A model generated the notes under the pieces. That model had not been told where the DNA came from, made no database searches, and saw nothing but the letters and a program-made list of their open reading frames with translations. From a virus (taxonomy: Duplodnaviria > Caudoviricetes), in the IMG/VR virus record IMGVR_UViG_3300014205_000174: DNA of 64,000 bases. One strand, written 5' to 3'. Positions 34,229 to 45,912 of the stretch are shown here, piece by piece. The position numbers were made by a program, and so were the translations under genes. Each line of letters starts with the position of its first letter. Position 1 is the stretch's first letter.

Positions 34229-35428
34229 ATGTTGAAAGCATACAAATACCGCATATACCCTGACTGGAATCAGCGCAGCCTGATTAACCAGACGATGGGT
34301 TGTTGCCGATTAGTGTATAATTTGGCGCTGGAGACTAAGATACGTGCGTACAAGGAGCATGGGGTGAGTTTATCTGGCTTTGACCTTATCAACCAGTTTT
34401 CGGAAATGAAGAAGGACTACGACTGGATGAATATACCGTATAGTCACAGCATACAGTCGTCTATCCGCAACGTAGAGCGTGCATACAAGAACTTTTTTAA
34501 CGGAGCGGGGTATCCAAAATACAAAAAGAAAACCAGCCGACAGAGCTATGCCTGCCCTGACGGGAAAAGGCATATTGACTTCGATAAAAGTCTTCTAACA
34601 ATCCCCAAAATACCCGGCATTGCAATAAAGCTTGATAAGCGTGCTATAATGGGAGATATAAAGACCGTTACGGTTGCTAAAACACCAACCGACAAATACT
34701 ACGTCAGCATCCTGGTCGATACAAAGAAGGCGCTGCCGGAGAAGAAAACCATAGACCCGGACAAAACGGTAGGTATAGACCTTGGCCTTACGCACTTCAT
34801 CATACTGGATAACGGAGATAAGTTCGACAACCCGCGCTTTCTGCGAGAGCATCTTGATAGGTTGAAATACCTGCAAAGGAAAGCGTCAAGAAAACAAAAA
34901 GGCAGTAAGAACCGGAAGAAAGCAAATAAGCTGGTTGCTGCCCAACACGAGAAAATAGGCAACAAGCGTAATGATTATCTGCAAAAACTCAGTACTAAAT
35001 TAGTTGGCGATAACCAAGCTACTACATTCTGTATTGAGAACCTTGCAGTTGCAAACATGGTCAAGAACCATAAACTGGCCCTAAGCATAAGTGATGCAAG
35101 CTGGTCTGAGTTTATCCGCATGCTGAAGTATAAATCAGAGTGGGCGGGTAAGAACGTGATAGAAATAGGCCGGTTTGAGAAAAGCACGAAAACATGTTTC
35201 TGCTGTAAGCAGGTAAACGAGACGGTAGACCTCGCTGACCGGATATGGACATGCCAAGGCTGCAATACTACCCACGATAGGGACATAAATGCGGCAAAGA
35301 ATATAAAGGAAATGGGGCTGAGTGAAGCAGGGCGGGGTACGTCCAAAAAGTCTGTGGAGCCACGAAGATTACCTCGGGCGCGGAAGCAGGAAGTCAGTAA
35401 TTACAAAGGCATCTACCTTAAAGTATGA
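34229..35428 (+). CDS. tnpB: RNA-guided endonuclease TnpB (IS200/IS605 family), no adjacent TnpA
   Basis: MLKAYKYRIYP HTH; RuvC GIDLG, IENL, DRDINAA; CxxC...CxxC zinc ribbon. Confidence 0.92.
   Translation: MLKAYKYRIYPDWNQRSLINQTMGCCRLVYNLALETKIRAYKEHGVSLSGFDLINQFSEMKKDYDWMNIPYSHSIQSSIRNVERAYKNFFNGAGYPKYKKKTSRQSYACPDGKRHIDFDKSLLTIPKIPGIAIKLDKRAIMGDIKTVTVAKTPTDKYYVSILVDTKKALPEKKTIDPDKTVGIDLGLTHFIILDNGDKFDNPRFLREHLDRLKYLQRKASRKQKGSKNRKKANKLVAAQHEKIGNKRNDYLQKLSTKLVGDNQATTFCIENLAVANMVKNHKLALSISDASWSEFIRMLKYKSEWAGKNVIEIGRFEKSTKTCFCCKQVNETVDLADRIWTCQGCNTTHDRDINAAKNIKEMGLSEAGRGTSKKSVEPRRLPRARKQEVSNYKGIYLKV
35300..35415 (+). ncRNA. putative omegaRNA overlapping the tnpB 3' end; boundaries approximate
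   Basis: GGGCGGGGTACGTCC...CTGTGGAG...GAAGCAGGAAG scaffold-like motifs. Confidence 0.55.
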
Positions 35429-35614
35429 CATTACCATATATGACTGGTGCAGGGCGCAGATGGCCCTGATTGAGGCGGAGCAGGCTGATATAGCCACAGT
35501 TTTTCTTCCTTATGTTATTATCAAGGAAAAAAAACGCTGTACGAGACTTTTATCATCAGTGTTTCAGGCAATAGCGAACCTTTTTTATTAAGTTCACCAA
35601 ATCCATAAAGCAAT

Positions 35615-36244
35615 ATGCGACCAAAAAACAACCAGGCGGCCATAATCAATCGATTAGGCAAAAAACTAAAAGCAGCTTCAGCGGCACCAGCTAAAAAACA
35701 GGCTAAGTCAAAGCTTAGTGGTTCTTCCGGTAAGAAAACTGCTTATAAGAAGGCAGTTATCCCGGCTCCGGCCCCAACCACACGCTCTTCCGGCAATAAT
35801 TATCCGTCAGTATCTGGGCCATTTACAACGAAGCCGGCAACTGATTCAGTAACAGCGAGGCGTAAGGCCCTTGCATCAAAAAAAGTAGTAAAAACTGCAA
35901 GGAAATCTTTTTTTGATGAGCTTGACCATATATTTCCTATACGGGTAACACCGGATACGGTAGCGGCGAAAAAGGGGAAGAAGGTCGGTAAGGCTTCCGC
36001 TTCGGGAAAGCCAGGTGCCGAGTGGATAAATGAAAAGCCTAAGACCAAGGCCGCCCCCGGTAAGAAGCAAAATCATAAGCAATCTACTGAGGAGTTGGCC
36101 AGGTCGCTAATGCCATTATTTGCAGTGGCTGGGTATCATTTGGTAAAAATGATGTGCGGAATTTCCGAAAGTAAAGCCAAGGCCCCTGTAGCCAGAAAGG
36201 CTGCGCCGAAGAAAGCGGCAGTGAAGAAAGCCGCGAATAAGTAA
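35615..36244 (+). CDS. Lys/Ala-rich histone-like basic protein
   Basis: AAPAKK and KAAPKKAAVKKAA repeats. Confidence 0.6.
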   Translation: MRPKNNQAAIINRLGKKLKAASAAPAKKQAKSKLSGSSGKKTAYKKAVIPAPAPTTRSSGNNYPSVSGPFTTKPATDSVTARRKALASKKVVKTARKSFFDELDHIFPIRVTPDTVAAKKGKKVGKASASGKPGAEWINEKPKTKAAPGKKQNHKQSTEELARSLMPLFAVAGYHLVKMMCGISESKAKAPVARKAAPKKAAVKKAANK

Positions 36245-36401
36245 TATTGATTTAGTTGTTTTTTTAAACACACACACAACATGGGAATACTTCCGGAACA
36301 TGACTGGGCCATATTTGGCAAATTCGTTTTTGTTGTTTTATTGCTTGTAGTCCTAGAGGGTGTGATTGTAAATATTAAGAAAAAACGAAAGAAAGAAGTC
36401 G

Positions 36402-37208
36402 ATGAGTAATATCCTTGTACGCAAGTTTATAGCAACTAACCTACACAGCAATGATACTCATACCTGTGATGATGAGGTAGCCGCATGTGAATATATCCGC
36501 AGTCGGCCTGTAGGGGAAAAGTATATGATATTGCCTTGTTATGAGGTTGTGTCCGATGCGGATATATCCTACCGTGTAACTATTGTGCTGCCGGTATGGG
36601 CTCATCCGCAAAAAACTATCAGGGCCATTGAAAGTGTCCTTAATCAGGATACCAATGGATGGGAGCTGTTGATAATTGGGGATTGCTGCCCGAATCTCCA
36701 GCGCCTCATAGACACTCGCTACTTCGATGCCATTATTTCCGCGCAGCAGCTTAAGGGCAATAGCGTAGTGGTAATTAATTTGCCGGAGCATTCGGGCGGC
36801 TTTGGATATAAGCAGCGGAACAAAGCAAGGGAAATAGCCAAGGGTAAGTATACCATGTACCTTGATAACGATGATTTCCTGCTTCCTGAGCATGTTTCTG
36901 CGCGCATGCGGGCTGTAGAAGGAGAAAATGAGGGTTCTTTAGACCTTGTTGCGTTTGAGACGTGGAAGAACTGGCTTGGCTTTTACCGGGATACGATTTT
37001 TGAATCCGGGAAAATAGGGCATGCGGAGATATTGATAAAAACATCTTTGTTGCGGGAGCTGCCGGAGAGCGACGGGGTGTACGGCCACGACTGGACATTG
37101 GTAGAGCAGTGCATTGCCCGGAACGTCAATAAGGCAATTATACCAGGCAGGCCCTACTCATATATAATAATGAGCGATAAGGAGCACCCGGAGGAGGGTA
37201 TTGATTAA
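36402..37208 (+). CDS. glycosyltransferase family 2
   Basis: VTIVLP...IRAIESVLNQ...WELLIIGD, RN..., YLDNDD, HDW. Confidence 0.85.
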   Translation: MSNILVRKFIATNLHSNDTHTCDDEVAACEYIRSRPVGEKYMILPCYEVVSDADISYRVTIVLPVWAHPQKTIRAIESVLNQDTNGWELLIIGDCCPNLQRLIDTRYFDAIISAQQLKGNSVVVINLPEHSGGFGYKQRNKAREIAKGKYTMYLDNDDFLLPEHVSARMRAVEGENEGSLDLVAFETWKNWLGFYRDTIFESGKIGHAEILIKTSLLRELPESDGVYGHDWTLVEQCIARNVNKAIIPGRPYSYIIMSDKEHPEEGID

Positions 37209-37226
37209 GCAGTAAAAAAAGCAAAA

Positions 37227-39247
37227 ATGCGTATAAGAAATTTATTTAAGTGGCGCAAGCCGTACATCCTGGATAAGTCTGGGCTTGATGAAATCAAGCA
37301 GGGCGTAGTAGAAGAGATGAGGAAGCAAATTGCCGCCTTGCAAAGACCGGAGCCGCTAACAACAAATTACGCATTATTCAATCCGACCACGCCGGATGGC
37401 GCTGGCCTGGATAAAGCCGTATACCTGTACGATTTTCTGGGAGAGTGGGGAAGTAATGCCTTAAATGTTGTGGGTGGTACGGGAATTGTTATTGGCGGTA
37501 CGGCAATTGATGTTCCTGCTGATGAAAATTCACCGGTAGGCCCAATATCGATAGGCGGACAGGTTATCGGCGAAGCAAAACGGATAAAACCAATAGATGT
37601 GCTCAATGAACTGGAAACCTTTGCCGGGCCGGATATGCTTGATGGCATTGATGCCAAGATTGCTGTCATGAAAGCCAAAATAGACCTCATTCGCAATAAT
37701 AGCTATGCGGAAAAGGAAGTGATAGATATGGTCACCCGCTTGGAGAACAGGAAGAAATGGGAGGAATTTAAAGAGTTCTATTCGCAATTCAACAACACTA
37801 CCTCAGACAAGGTGCAGACGCTGGTGAATAAATATGAACTGGTTCTTAAGGGTTCTGATTTATTCATAGGCAATATGCCCGATGAGGCAATCAATATCAT
37901 GAAGGAGTATGTCGACCAGACCGTTAACCTTTGTGGTAAGAGGCCTGTGTTTTATGTGATTGCCGAACAGCAGGAGTTCAAAGACCAGTACAAGAAGAAA
38001 GACCCAATACTTCTGGTTCAGTCGCCATTTGGAGCGTACTGGCAGATATTGGGTGCCTGGGACAAAGAAATGATATTGCTTGAAGAACTTTAATAATAAC
38101 CAATGCAACAAACTGAAGAAAACATAATAACCTGGCCGGATATTTCACAGTGCCCATACGACATGATAGCGGGTAAAATTACGGAAATGTGCAAAGAGCT
38201 AAGAGGCCGTGATTTGTCAGTTAGAGAAGATGCGCTTAGTGCCGCCAAGGTAATCTGGCCGACATTGCAGTCTGCATTACGCAGTAAAGGTAAAGTCGTA
38301 GGGTTAAACGATTTTGCCGAACCGGTAATGCCAGAGTGGGCTACGGAACCGATAGTTTGCTTGGGAACAATCCCAGTAAAGGTTAAAAACAAGACCCACG
38401 CCATGAATGTTGCAAAAAGTACAGGTCACGGCGGCTGGGCTACAATAGGCGAGTTGTGGCTGTGGGTGGCAGACGGCGGCCCTATCATTGAGAAAACCAT
38501 GAGGCATTACGGCTATTTAAAAGGGGGCGAAGATGGAAAAATCAGATAAAGAGAAAGTTAAAGAGCAATTCCCCGATGCATATGCGACTTGGGGCGTAAA
38601 GCTTTTTAGTTCAGCGCGACAGTGGCGCATTGAAAAAGGGGACGGTACCACCATAGCCTCCCGCTGTAGAAGTGAAAAAGCAGCATGGAGCCAGGCGGTT
38701 AAGAATATTGAAAGTAAAAACAAATCACATAAAACACAAACCAATGAAATTTAAAATTCTTCCCGGCTCGAAATTGTTCGATACGTTAACTGACGTCAAC
38801 AACGGTATGATTGCGGCAAGGGCCGCAATAACTGACACGCTTAAAGCCATGGGGTATACCGGGCAATATGCGTCATCAATGAATGATTATTATTTAGTTC
38901 ACTGCAATGCGGTACGAATAGAATTTGGTAAGCCGGATGGCTGGAAGTGCCTTGACTCCGGTCTGGAGTATTACTGGCCAAAGGCTAAAAATAAGGCTGC
39001 GCTTGCCCAGTTAGAAGCTTTACCGGCTATAAAGGTTGAGGCGATTAATAATCCGCTAAAATTCTCTTTTGGCCTTGGAGAAGACAACTGTATTTATCAT
39101 AGGCCGGCAATAGCGTGGCATAAAAAATACATCCTTATAGATACTGGCAGTATGGACTACAAGCCGGTAAAAGGGATGACCGAGATATTGGAGTCGGAGT
39201 ACAAAAAATTGCTAAAGGCTATAAAAGAACCAATTGAGGCTCGATAA
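37227..39247 (+). other. hypothetical genes 37227-38093, 38103-38549, 38533-38754, 38744-39247
   Basis: Overlapping ORFs; 38744-39247 is paralogous to 43059-43571. Confidence 0.6.
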
Positions 39248-39494
39248 CGAAAAAGAGGTGCTTCTTGGTAAGCCGCTATCCAAGCAACAGGAATTTTTTA
39301 TAGCGCTTTGCTGCGAAGATATCACCTATGCGCAAATTGCAATAAAGATGGGCCACAAGTCAGTCAGAACTATTGAGGGGTACCGGGATGAGGTATATGC
39401 CAAATTGGGACTGCATTCGAGAATTGGACTTATGAGGTACGCTATCAGAAGCGGAATAATTTCGTTTGATGACATTGTAAATGAGAAAGTATGA
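39234..39494 (+). CDS. LuxR-type HTH regulator
   Basis: LSKQQ...TYAQIA..MG..SVRTIEGYR..VY.KLG..SR.GL..YA. Confidence 0.8.
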   Translation: MRLDNEKEVLLGKPLSKQQEFFIALCCEDITYAQIAIKMGHKSVRTIEGYRDEVYAKLGLHSRIGLMRYAIRSGIISFDDIVNEKV

Positions 39495-39928
39495 TTATTA
39501 ATAGAAAAATAAAGTTCCGGTTCTTCATTCATTCCAAAAAGCGGATGATAGACGCCATCGGTTTTTGCATGGAGAGCGACACGCAGATTCGCATCTGGTA
39601 CATGGGTGTGCATAGCGATGGAGACGCAATGATTATGAATGAAAGCTTTGCTTTCCATGATGTGGCCCAGATGCAGTTGGTGGGGACTACTGATGTAAAG
39701 GGCAAGTATGTTTACGAGGGCGATGTAATAACATCAAAGTCCCATAGCCCTTCCCGGTACCTGGTGCAGTTTATTGAAGGTGGATTTTGCGCAACTCACC
39801 CATCTATTTCTGGGTATCCAATTGACATCAATCATTTTTACCCGAGCGTAGGTACGGACATTGAAATCATTGGGAACATTTTCCAAAATCATGAGTTTTA
39901 TCATGAACTGGGTAAGCTGCGAACATAA
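39491..39928 (+). CDS. YopX family protein
   Basis: IKFR...MQLVG..D..GK.VYEGDVI...IEIIGNIFQN. Confidence 0.8.
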   Translation: MIINRKIKFRFFIHSKKRMIDAIGFCMESDTQIRIWYMGVHSDGDAMIMNESFAFHDVAQMQLVGTTDVKGKYVYEGDVITSKSHSPSRYLVQFIEGGFCATHPSISGYPIDINHFYPSVGTDIEIIGNIFQNHEFYHELGKLRT

Positions 39929-40130
39929 ATTGCCAGATATCCCGTATTGTAAACAGGATGGAACAAGATTGATATCTGGCTGGGTAAAGGTGTTGACGGA
40001 AGATGGGAATGAGGTTACTGCCTATTATCATGCTTTATTAGGGTGGATGGTCAGAGGCGAGCCAGTTGGAACATATAAATACGGCTATGTGCCTTTAAAT
40101 AGTAAAGTTACTCACTGGAAGGTTTTGTAG
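39900..40130 (+). CDS. DUF551-like small protein; start approximate
   Basis: MNWVSCEHKLP...VTHW. Confidence 0.55.
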   Translation: MMNWVSCEHKLPDIPYCKQDGTRLISGWVKVLTEDGNEVTAYYHALLGWMVRGEPVGTYKYGYVPLNSKVTHWKVL

Positions 40131-40379
40131 ATATTAAATATATTTTATGAGCAATAATCGTTTTTTTTGATGTAGATAAAGCCAAGACCGAAACTATTCA
40201 TATGGCTAATGCCCGCCGTCAGTACAAAGAAAGGGAAGAGGGCAACGACAATATCCATGACCCTGGCGTTGGTCTTTATTGGCAGACGTTTGAACAATGG
40301 TACGATGCCGGCAACTATGACCCAACTGAATGGGGCGATGAAGCATATGATATACCAATAACGCGAGAAGCATAACATT

Positions 40380-43300
40380 ATGTCACGACCAATATCAGAA
40401 AAATTTGTAAAAAGCAGGAAGCCCGGCGCATGGTGCGTTAAGGTGAAAGGAGTATATGTTATCCGCACCTGGCCGGACAAGCCTGGACAGGCAATAAAGC
40501 TTGGTGAAGGAGCTTCACAAGGTAAAGCGTGGTGGGATGCAAAACGTTTTCTTGAAAAAGAGGGTGTGGAGGAGTTTAAACTGTAAACTATGCCTACAGT
40601 AAAAAACAGAACAAAAAAAGGTAAAACTACCTCTGTCTATATCCCAGAGCTGAAAATGACGGTTCAGGTTAAGCCCGGTAGTACTGTGGAGGAGACAAGG
40701 AGGAAATATTTGTCTGCTAGGGAATTTGAGAACAAACGGCACGTGTACTTTATTGAGAATGAAAATATAGATTAAATCACCATGACGACAATTACAATAC
40801 CCATAGGGTGCGAAGGGGGTGCGTCAGAACAACAGTTCCGGACATTCTGCGAACACTTTTCCTGTACGTTAGAAAAAAGAAAACTCGGTGCGGTAGAGTG
40901 GGTTATCCATGCCGAAGATGCAAATGATATCTTCTGGCTTGGAGCAAACATGAACTTCCGTCATAAGGATGGCGTCTCTATTAGTGTGGCTAGCAAACTT
41001 TTGAATAATGAGCAAGGGCGGTGTTATAGTTGAAGTTGTTTCCGGAAAAAGGGCTGGTAAGTTTGGTCAGGTTCCAATTGCAAAACAGCAGTTGAAGTTT
41101 GCAAAATTACTTAAGGTGTGGGTGGAGTACTTTGAAGACTGCAATTGTCAGGTGCCGGTACTTGAGAACGGACGCAAGGTTGATGGTCTTACTTCCGCAA
41201 TAAATATTAGACGCATTGGATTCTACGATTAAAAAACGTATAAATTAGGTTGAAATGAAATTTGAAAATCACATAGTACGTAAAGCGCTGGAGAATCCTA
41301 CAGATTTCACCATTGAGGTAATAGAGGCAATAAAGGGCAGCCAAGTGACCGCAGAAGATATTGAGGGAGAAAAGTACAATGACGTGGTACACGCCATGAG
41401 CCTTAAGGGTAATAAAACCTACTACGTTACAAAGTCCGTTGTAGACAGGTTGGAATTACTTGATACAAAGAAGTGCATGGATATAGAGGGATGGAAGTTA
41501 TTCTCCGGTTTGCCGGACTTCAAAAAAACGTACATCCTGCCGGAAATGCCAAAGGATTATTCAAAATACGGCGGCAGCGGATATGTGCGCGTGGCTAAAT
41601 ACGGGGATGTAATTATCTTCATACACGTAACCAGTAAGTTTCTGCCACCAGAAGAGCGTACCAAGACTACAGATGCTAGTATGTACATAGTCATGCTTTA
41701 TATTGACATGCGGGAAAACGGGGATGGTATGTGCGCGCATTGGAATAGTGCAGACGGCAAATCCTTAGCACCATTCCTATTTTCGCTTATGTGCTTTGTG
41801 GAGCTTTGTGATAATGAGGTAATTGTGGTTGAGCCAAAAGCTAAGTACGGCACGCAGAAATCCGGTAAGATAATAAATACCACACCATTCCCGATAACCA
41901 TTATCAACAACACATGGAACATAACGAAGGTGCTGCAAGGTACTATATGGGTTTGCGGCCATGCTCAGATATATTGGACGGGTTCCGGCAGGACAGTACC
42001 TAAGTTGCTATACAAAGAGCCCTTTACGAAGGAAGGGTATACGCTACCGTCTGGGAAGGAAAGGCAGCAGAAAAAACTAACTTTATCTTCATAAATTCAA
42101 CCAATAAAAACAACATATTATGGATACTCAAAACAAAAACACACCCGCTACAGGGGATATTTCAGAGTTTATACCAACCGCCAGCAATGATGGGGCTATT
42201 TATTCCGTTCCTTGTGAGCCGACTTGTGGCCCTGCCAGTCGGTGGGAAGAAGGTGAGAAGGCCTACATCGGCACCAAGGTTGTTCGCGGCATCGCTATGA
42301 CCGAAAGCGACTTTCTCAAAAAGCATAAAGGAATAACCGAGGATGAGCTCAGTAAGCGCGAAACATACGGGGAGGGTTACAAGGTCACCTATGAGGACGG
42401 CTATGTGTCCTGGGCCCCGAAAGACATATTCGAGCGGTGCTACCGCGAGGTGTCCAATAAGGAATTTGGCATTTTATCAGCATTTTAATAACCTGCATTT
42501 TGGCTAAGAAGAAAGATAATACGGGATTCCGGAACGGAGATTTGTTCTGCTTTAATTGCGGGGGTAGTAAAAAGCTTGTGCTCCCAATGGAGATGGGGAA
42601 GGCTGGGAATATGATGATTGCCTTTGCCGATGAGCACAGCGAATGCAAAAAAACCTGGGAGGAGCCACATTGGTCTGAGACGGAGCATCTTCCGATAGAG
42701 GGGAAAATTTTTTGGTGGTTTACAAAAGCCAGCCGTGGTTCAAGTAGCATGGCTATATATGATTTCATGACCGTTGGTTTGCTTCCGAACAAACGATACG
42801 AAACGCCATCAGACCCATCAGATTTACACCGCTGCTATGTTTTGCTAAAGGCTATACCCGAATGGCGGGAGCGACTTCCTGAAATGAAAGTAGTTGGCGA
42901 GGTGTGGGCCAGGATTATAGATGAATGGGATAAGTTATCGGGCCTACTGGAAGAGCATATGGAGGGTAAGAAAGGCGGCGGTATCCTGTACAATTTTATG
43001 AAGACGCTTGGGTGTTAAATCAAAAAAAGGAGATACTTAAAAAACAAACCAAAATATTATGAAATACAAAATCTTAAAAGGAACGAAATTGTTCGACCAG
43101 TTCATTGAGCTGAAGAAAAAGATGGTAACGGCCAAGAAGGCTGCAAAAGAGCTGGTAAAGGAAGTTGCGCCAGTTGACACCGAATGGTATGCCCCGCATG
43201 AATCCATAGCCGGAGGTGTTGACGCCTTTATAATACCTGGCGGCAAGCCAGATGGGTGGGTAAATGCTTACATCCCGCATGAAAAGGATGTATATAGGCC

Positions 43301-43571
43301 CAAAAAGACCTTAGCCAATAAGGAGCTGCTGGACAAAATAGCCAATTTGCCGGTTGTTAGTACTTCGGACTTTAATAGCATTATAAAGTACGATTGGAGA
43401 AAGACCGGCGCTAAGAAGCAACTGGGCCGGCGCATTACATCCTATAGTCCCGGATTCGATATTCGCGCGAACTACGTGCTCATTGATGTCAGCGAACATG
43501 CGCCAAACTATAAGCCGGTACCGGACATGATAGAAATTACTGTTTCTGAATATAACAAGCTATCTAAATAA
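40380..43571 (+). other. hypothetical gene run (including 41255-42094, 42120-42488, 42500-43018, 43059-43571)
   Basis: 42120 has the YIGTK...GYKV.YEDGY.SWAPK..FE..Y phage motif; 42500 has CxxC and PSDPSDL.RC. Confidence 0.6.
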
Positions 43572-43577
43572 TATATT

Positions 43578-44354
43578 ATGTTGTACTTCATAGATTCCGA
43601 GTTTATCGAAAGCTTCCATAAGCCGTTTTTCGGCAAGCGCCGACACTTTATTGACCTGATTAGTATTTCACTAATTGCTGAGGATGGCCGGAAATACAAT
43701 GCTATCAGCAGCGAATACCGGTTCCGGGACGCAAGCGACTGGGTAAAAGAGAATGTCATAAGGCCGCTGTACAGCAATAAAGTTTCTGGCCTTGGCCGCC
43801 AATTCATTCATCCAGACAATTTCCATAAGCAGCCCGGTATCGGTAAGTCCAATGCCCAGATAGCAAAGGAGATAGTGGCGTTTGTTAATCCGGGCCTGAA
43901 TTATCCCGAGTCTGCGCATGCTGTTTCGGAAGTAGGGAAAGGCGAGAATCTTTACGACCACTTTGAAAAACATGATGTGGCGGTCATAAACGGCCACTAT
44001 GTAGCCCGTCCACAGTTTTATGCGGATTACGCCGACTACGACTGGGTGTTATTCTGTTCTCTTTTTGGCACCATGATGGATTTGCCGGCAGGGTTCCCCA
44101 TGTTCTGCAATGACATTCAGCAGATGTTCAATGATACGGTGAGAATGGAAATGCGTCATAACAGAGTGCCCATGTCTCGATTTGATGAGTACTCGAAATT
44201 GTTTAAGGAAAGGCCGGAGTATCCCAAGGAAGAAAATTGCCATCTGTCCGAGTACGATGTACGGTATTGCAAAGACCAGTACGATTATTTCACCTTAACG
44301 CAGAATGTGCTATTGATGCGGTTGCGTGAACAAAATCCGAACGACAATGGCTAA
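43578..44354 (+). CDS. DEDD 3'-5' exo(ribo)nuclease (Rv2179c-like)
   Basis: YFIDSEF, LISISL, YDWV...LFG.M..LP..FP, H.S..D. Confidence 0.8.
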   Translation: MLYFIDSEFIESFHKPFFGKRRHFIDLISISLIAEDGRKYNAISSEYRFRDASDWVKENVIRPLYSNKVSGLGRQFIHPDNFHKQPGIGKSNAQIAKEIVAFVNPGLNYPESAHAVSEVGKGENLYDHFEKHDVAVINGHYVARPQFYADYADYDWVLFCSLFGTMMDLPAGFPMFCNDIQQMFNDTVRMEMRHNRVPMSRFDEYSKLFKERPEYPKEENCHLSEYDVRYCKDQYDYFTLTQNVLLMRLREQNPNDNG

Positions 44355-45006
44355 CCAGTGGGGGGATACCAAGCCGGTATACCAGAAGTGCGCAGAGCCA
44401 ACCTGTGACAACCAGGTACGGCGCGTACCTCATGAAGTGAAAAGCGGACAACATACATACTGCTCTCCGGGCTGCGCATATAAAAAGGCATCGAGGCCTA
44501 GAAAGTATAATGATGACGCAGTGCTTTGGATATCCCAAAATATACTGACCATGGATATAGCGACCATGGCAAAAAAGATGAAGGTGACCGAAAATGCCCT
44601 GAAGCGCTCCATATCAGCCCTAAGACGTAACGGACACGCAATACCAAGGAAAAAGAAGCGCCGCGTCTTTACCGGTGAAGAAATAAAGTACATCAAGGGA
44701 AATATCCGTAAGTTTACTTTAGAGGAGCTGGCCAAGAAACTAAACACATCCGCCAGTAAGTTAGGCCGTGATATTACAAACTTACGCAAAAGCGGACACG
44801 ATATCCCTACCGGTCACAAGGGGATTGTAAATGCCAGCGGTCGTAAAGCAAAGGCCGGTACTGTAAAGCGTAAGGCCGAAACAAAAGTTAGCTACCGCTT
44901 GCCAAAGAAGGAGGTTATTCCAATACCCACTAAGGTTGTTCCGGTAGACAACAGGCAGTTTGTGTTGATTCGTAAAGGTACCTATGCATTGAGGGCTGTG
45001 TCTTGA
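44347..45006 (+). CDS. zinc finger plus tandem HTH DNA-binding protein
   Basis: C...C...YCSPGC and two HTH repeats ending LR..GH.IP. Confidence 0.6.
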   Translation: MANQWGDTKPVYQKCAEPTCDNQVRRVPHEVKSGQHTYCSPGCAYKKASRPRKYNDDAVLWISQNILTMDIATMAKKMKVTENALKRSISALRRNGHAIPRKKKRRVFTGEEIKYIKGNIRKFTLEELAKKLNTSASKLGRDITNLRKSGHDIPTGHKGIVNASGRKAKAGTVKRKAETKVSYRLPKKEVIPIPTKVVPVDNRQFVLIRKGTYALRAVS

Positions 45007-45106
45007 TGGGTGATAAAAAATGAAACAAAAATAAATATTACAAAAAATTAGGGTTTGCTTAAAAACAAACTATTTTTGTGATGTAAAGAGTAAAGAACAA
45101 ACCAGC

Positions 45107-45154
45107 CCTGCGGCTGTAGGCAGATTAAAATGCAGGCAGCCGCAGGTTTTTTTT
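45107..45154 (+). terminator. terminator/attenuator just downstream of a TATTTTTG promoter element (45071)
   Basis: CCTGCGGCTG/CAGCCGCAGG stem plus T8. Confidence 0.7.
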
Positions 45155-45173
45155 AATGCTTCAATAGTTTCTT

Positions 45174-45912
45174 ATGTCTGAAACAAATAATAAAACCTAT
45201 AGGACATTGTTTATCTTCTTCTTATCCCTGATAGGTGTATCTGGATTTGTTGTAATCTTCTACAGTAATATTTTAAAGAAGCAAGCCACCACAGAAAGCC
45301 TGTACAAGTCATGGGCAGACTCCGTCAAGAAATCATACGACATTGTAATACAGCTTAAGGAAGACTCCATTGATATATCCAGGGAGAAGGTGGAACTATA
45401 TGCCGACTCTATCGTTCTATTGAACAGGAAGGTGGAATTGAATAACGAAAAAATATTAGTCATTAAAAAGGAGTATCATGAAAAAATACATCATCTTAAT
45501 AGCTTGTCTACTGATGAGCTTGCCGAGTTTTTCAAAAAGCGATACGGCGAAGAATAAAATTGATGGAAGTAAGCCGGTTTGTTTGCCAGATAGTATTTTG
45601 CGTAAGGCCGCGCAGGATATCCTTAAGTACGAGGAGCTGAAAGCTATAATGGTACACAATGACGACAACCTGAATATCCTTAATGAGGAGATTGGGTTCA
45701 AGGATAAAATCATCATTGAGAAAGACCTTCAGTTGAACAAAAAGGACGACATTATTGGTACGTGGAAGAAGAAATTTACCTTATGCGAATCCGAGACCGC
45801 GCAGGTAAGCAAGGACTTTTTGCAATTTAAGAAGAAGGACAAAAGAAAAATGATAGGGGCCGGTGTTATTATAGTTGCACTTATAGCTGGCTGGGGTGCA
45901 ACGGCGAAATGA
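45174..45912 (+). other. overlapping membrane coiled-coil gene pair (45174-45557, 45478-45912), possibly spanin-like
   Basis: First has an N-terminal TM; second has a signal peptide, coiled coil and C-terminal TM; 80-bp overlap. Confidence 0.4.
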
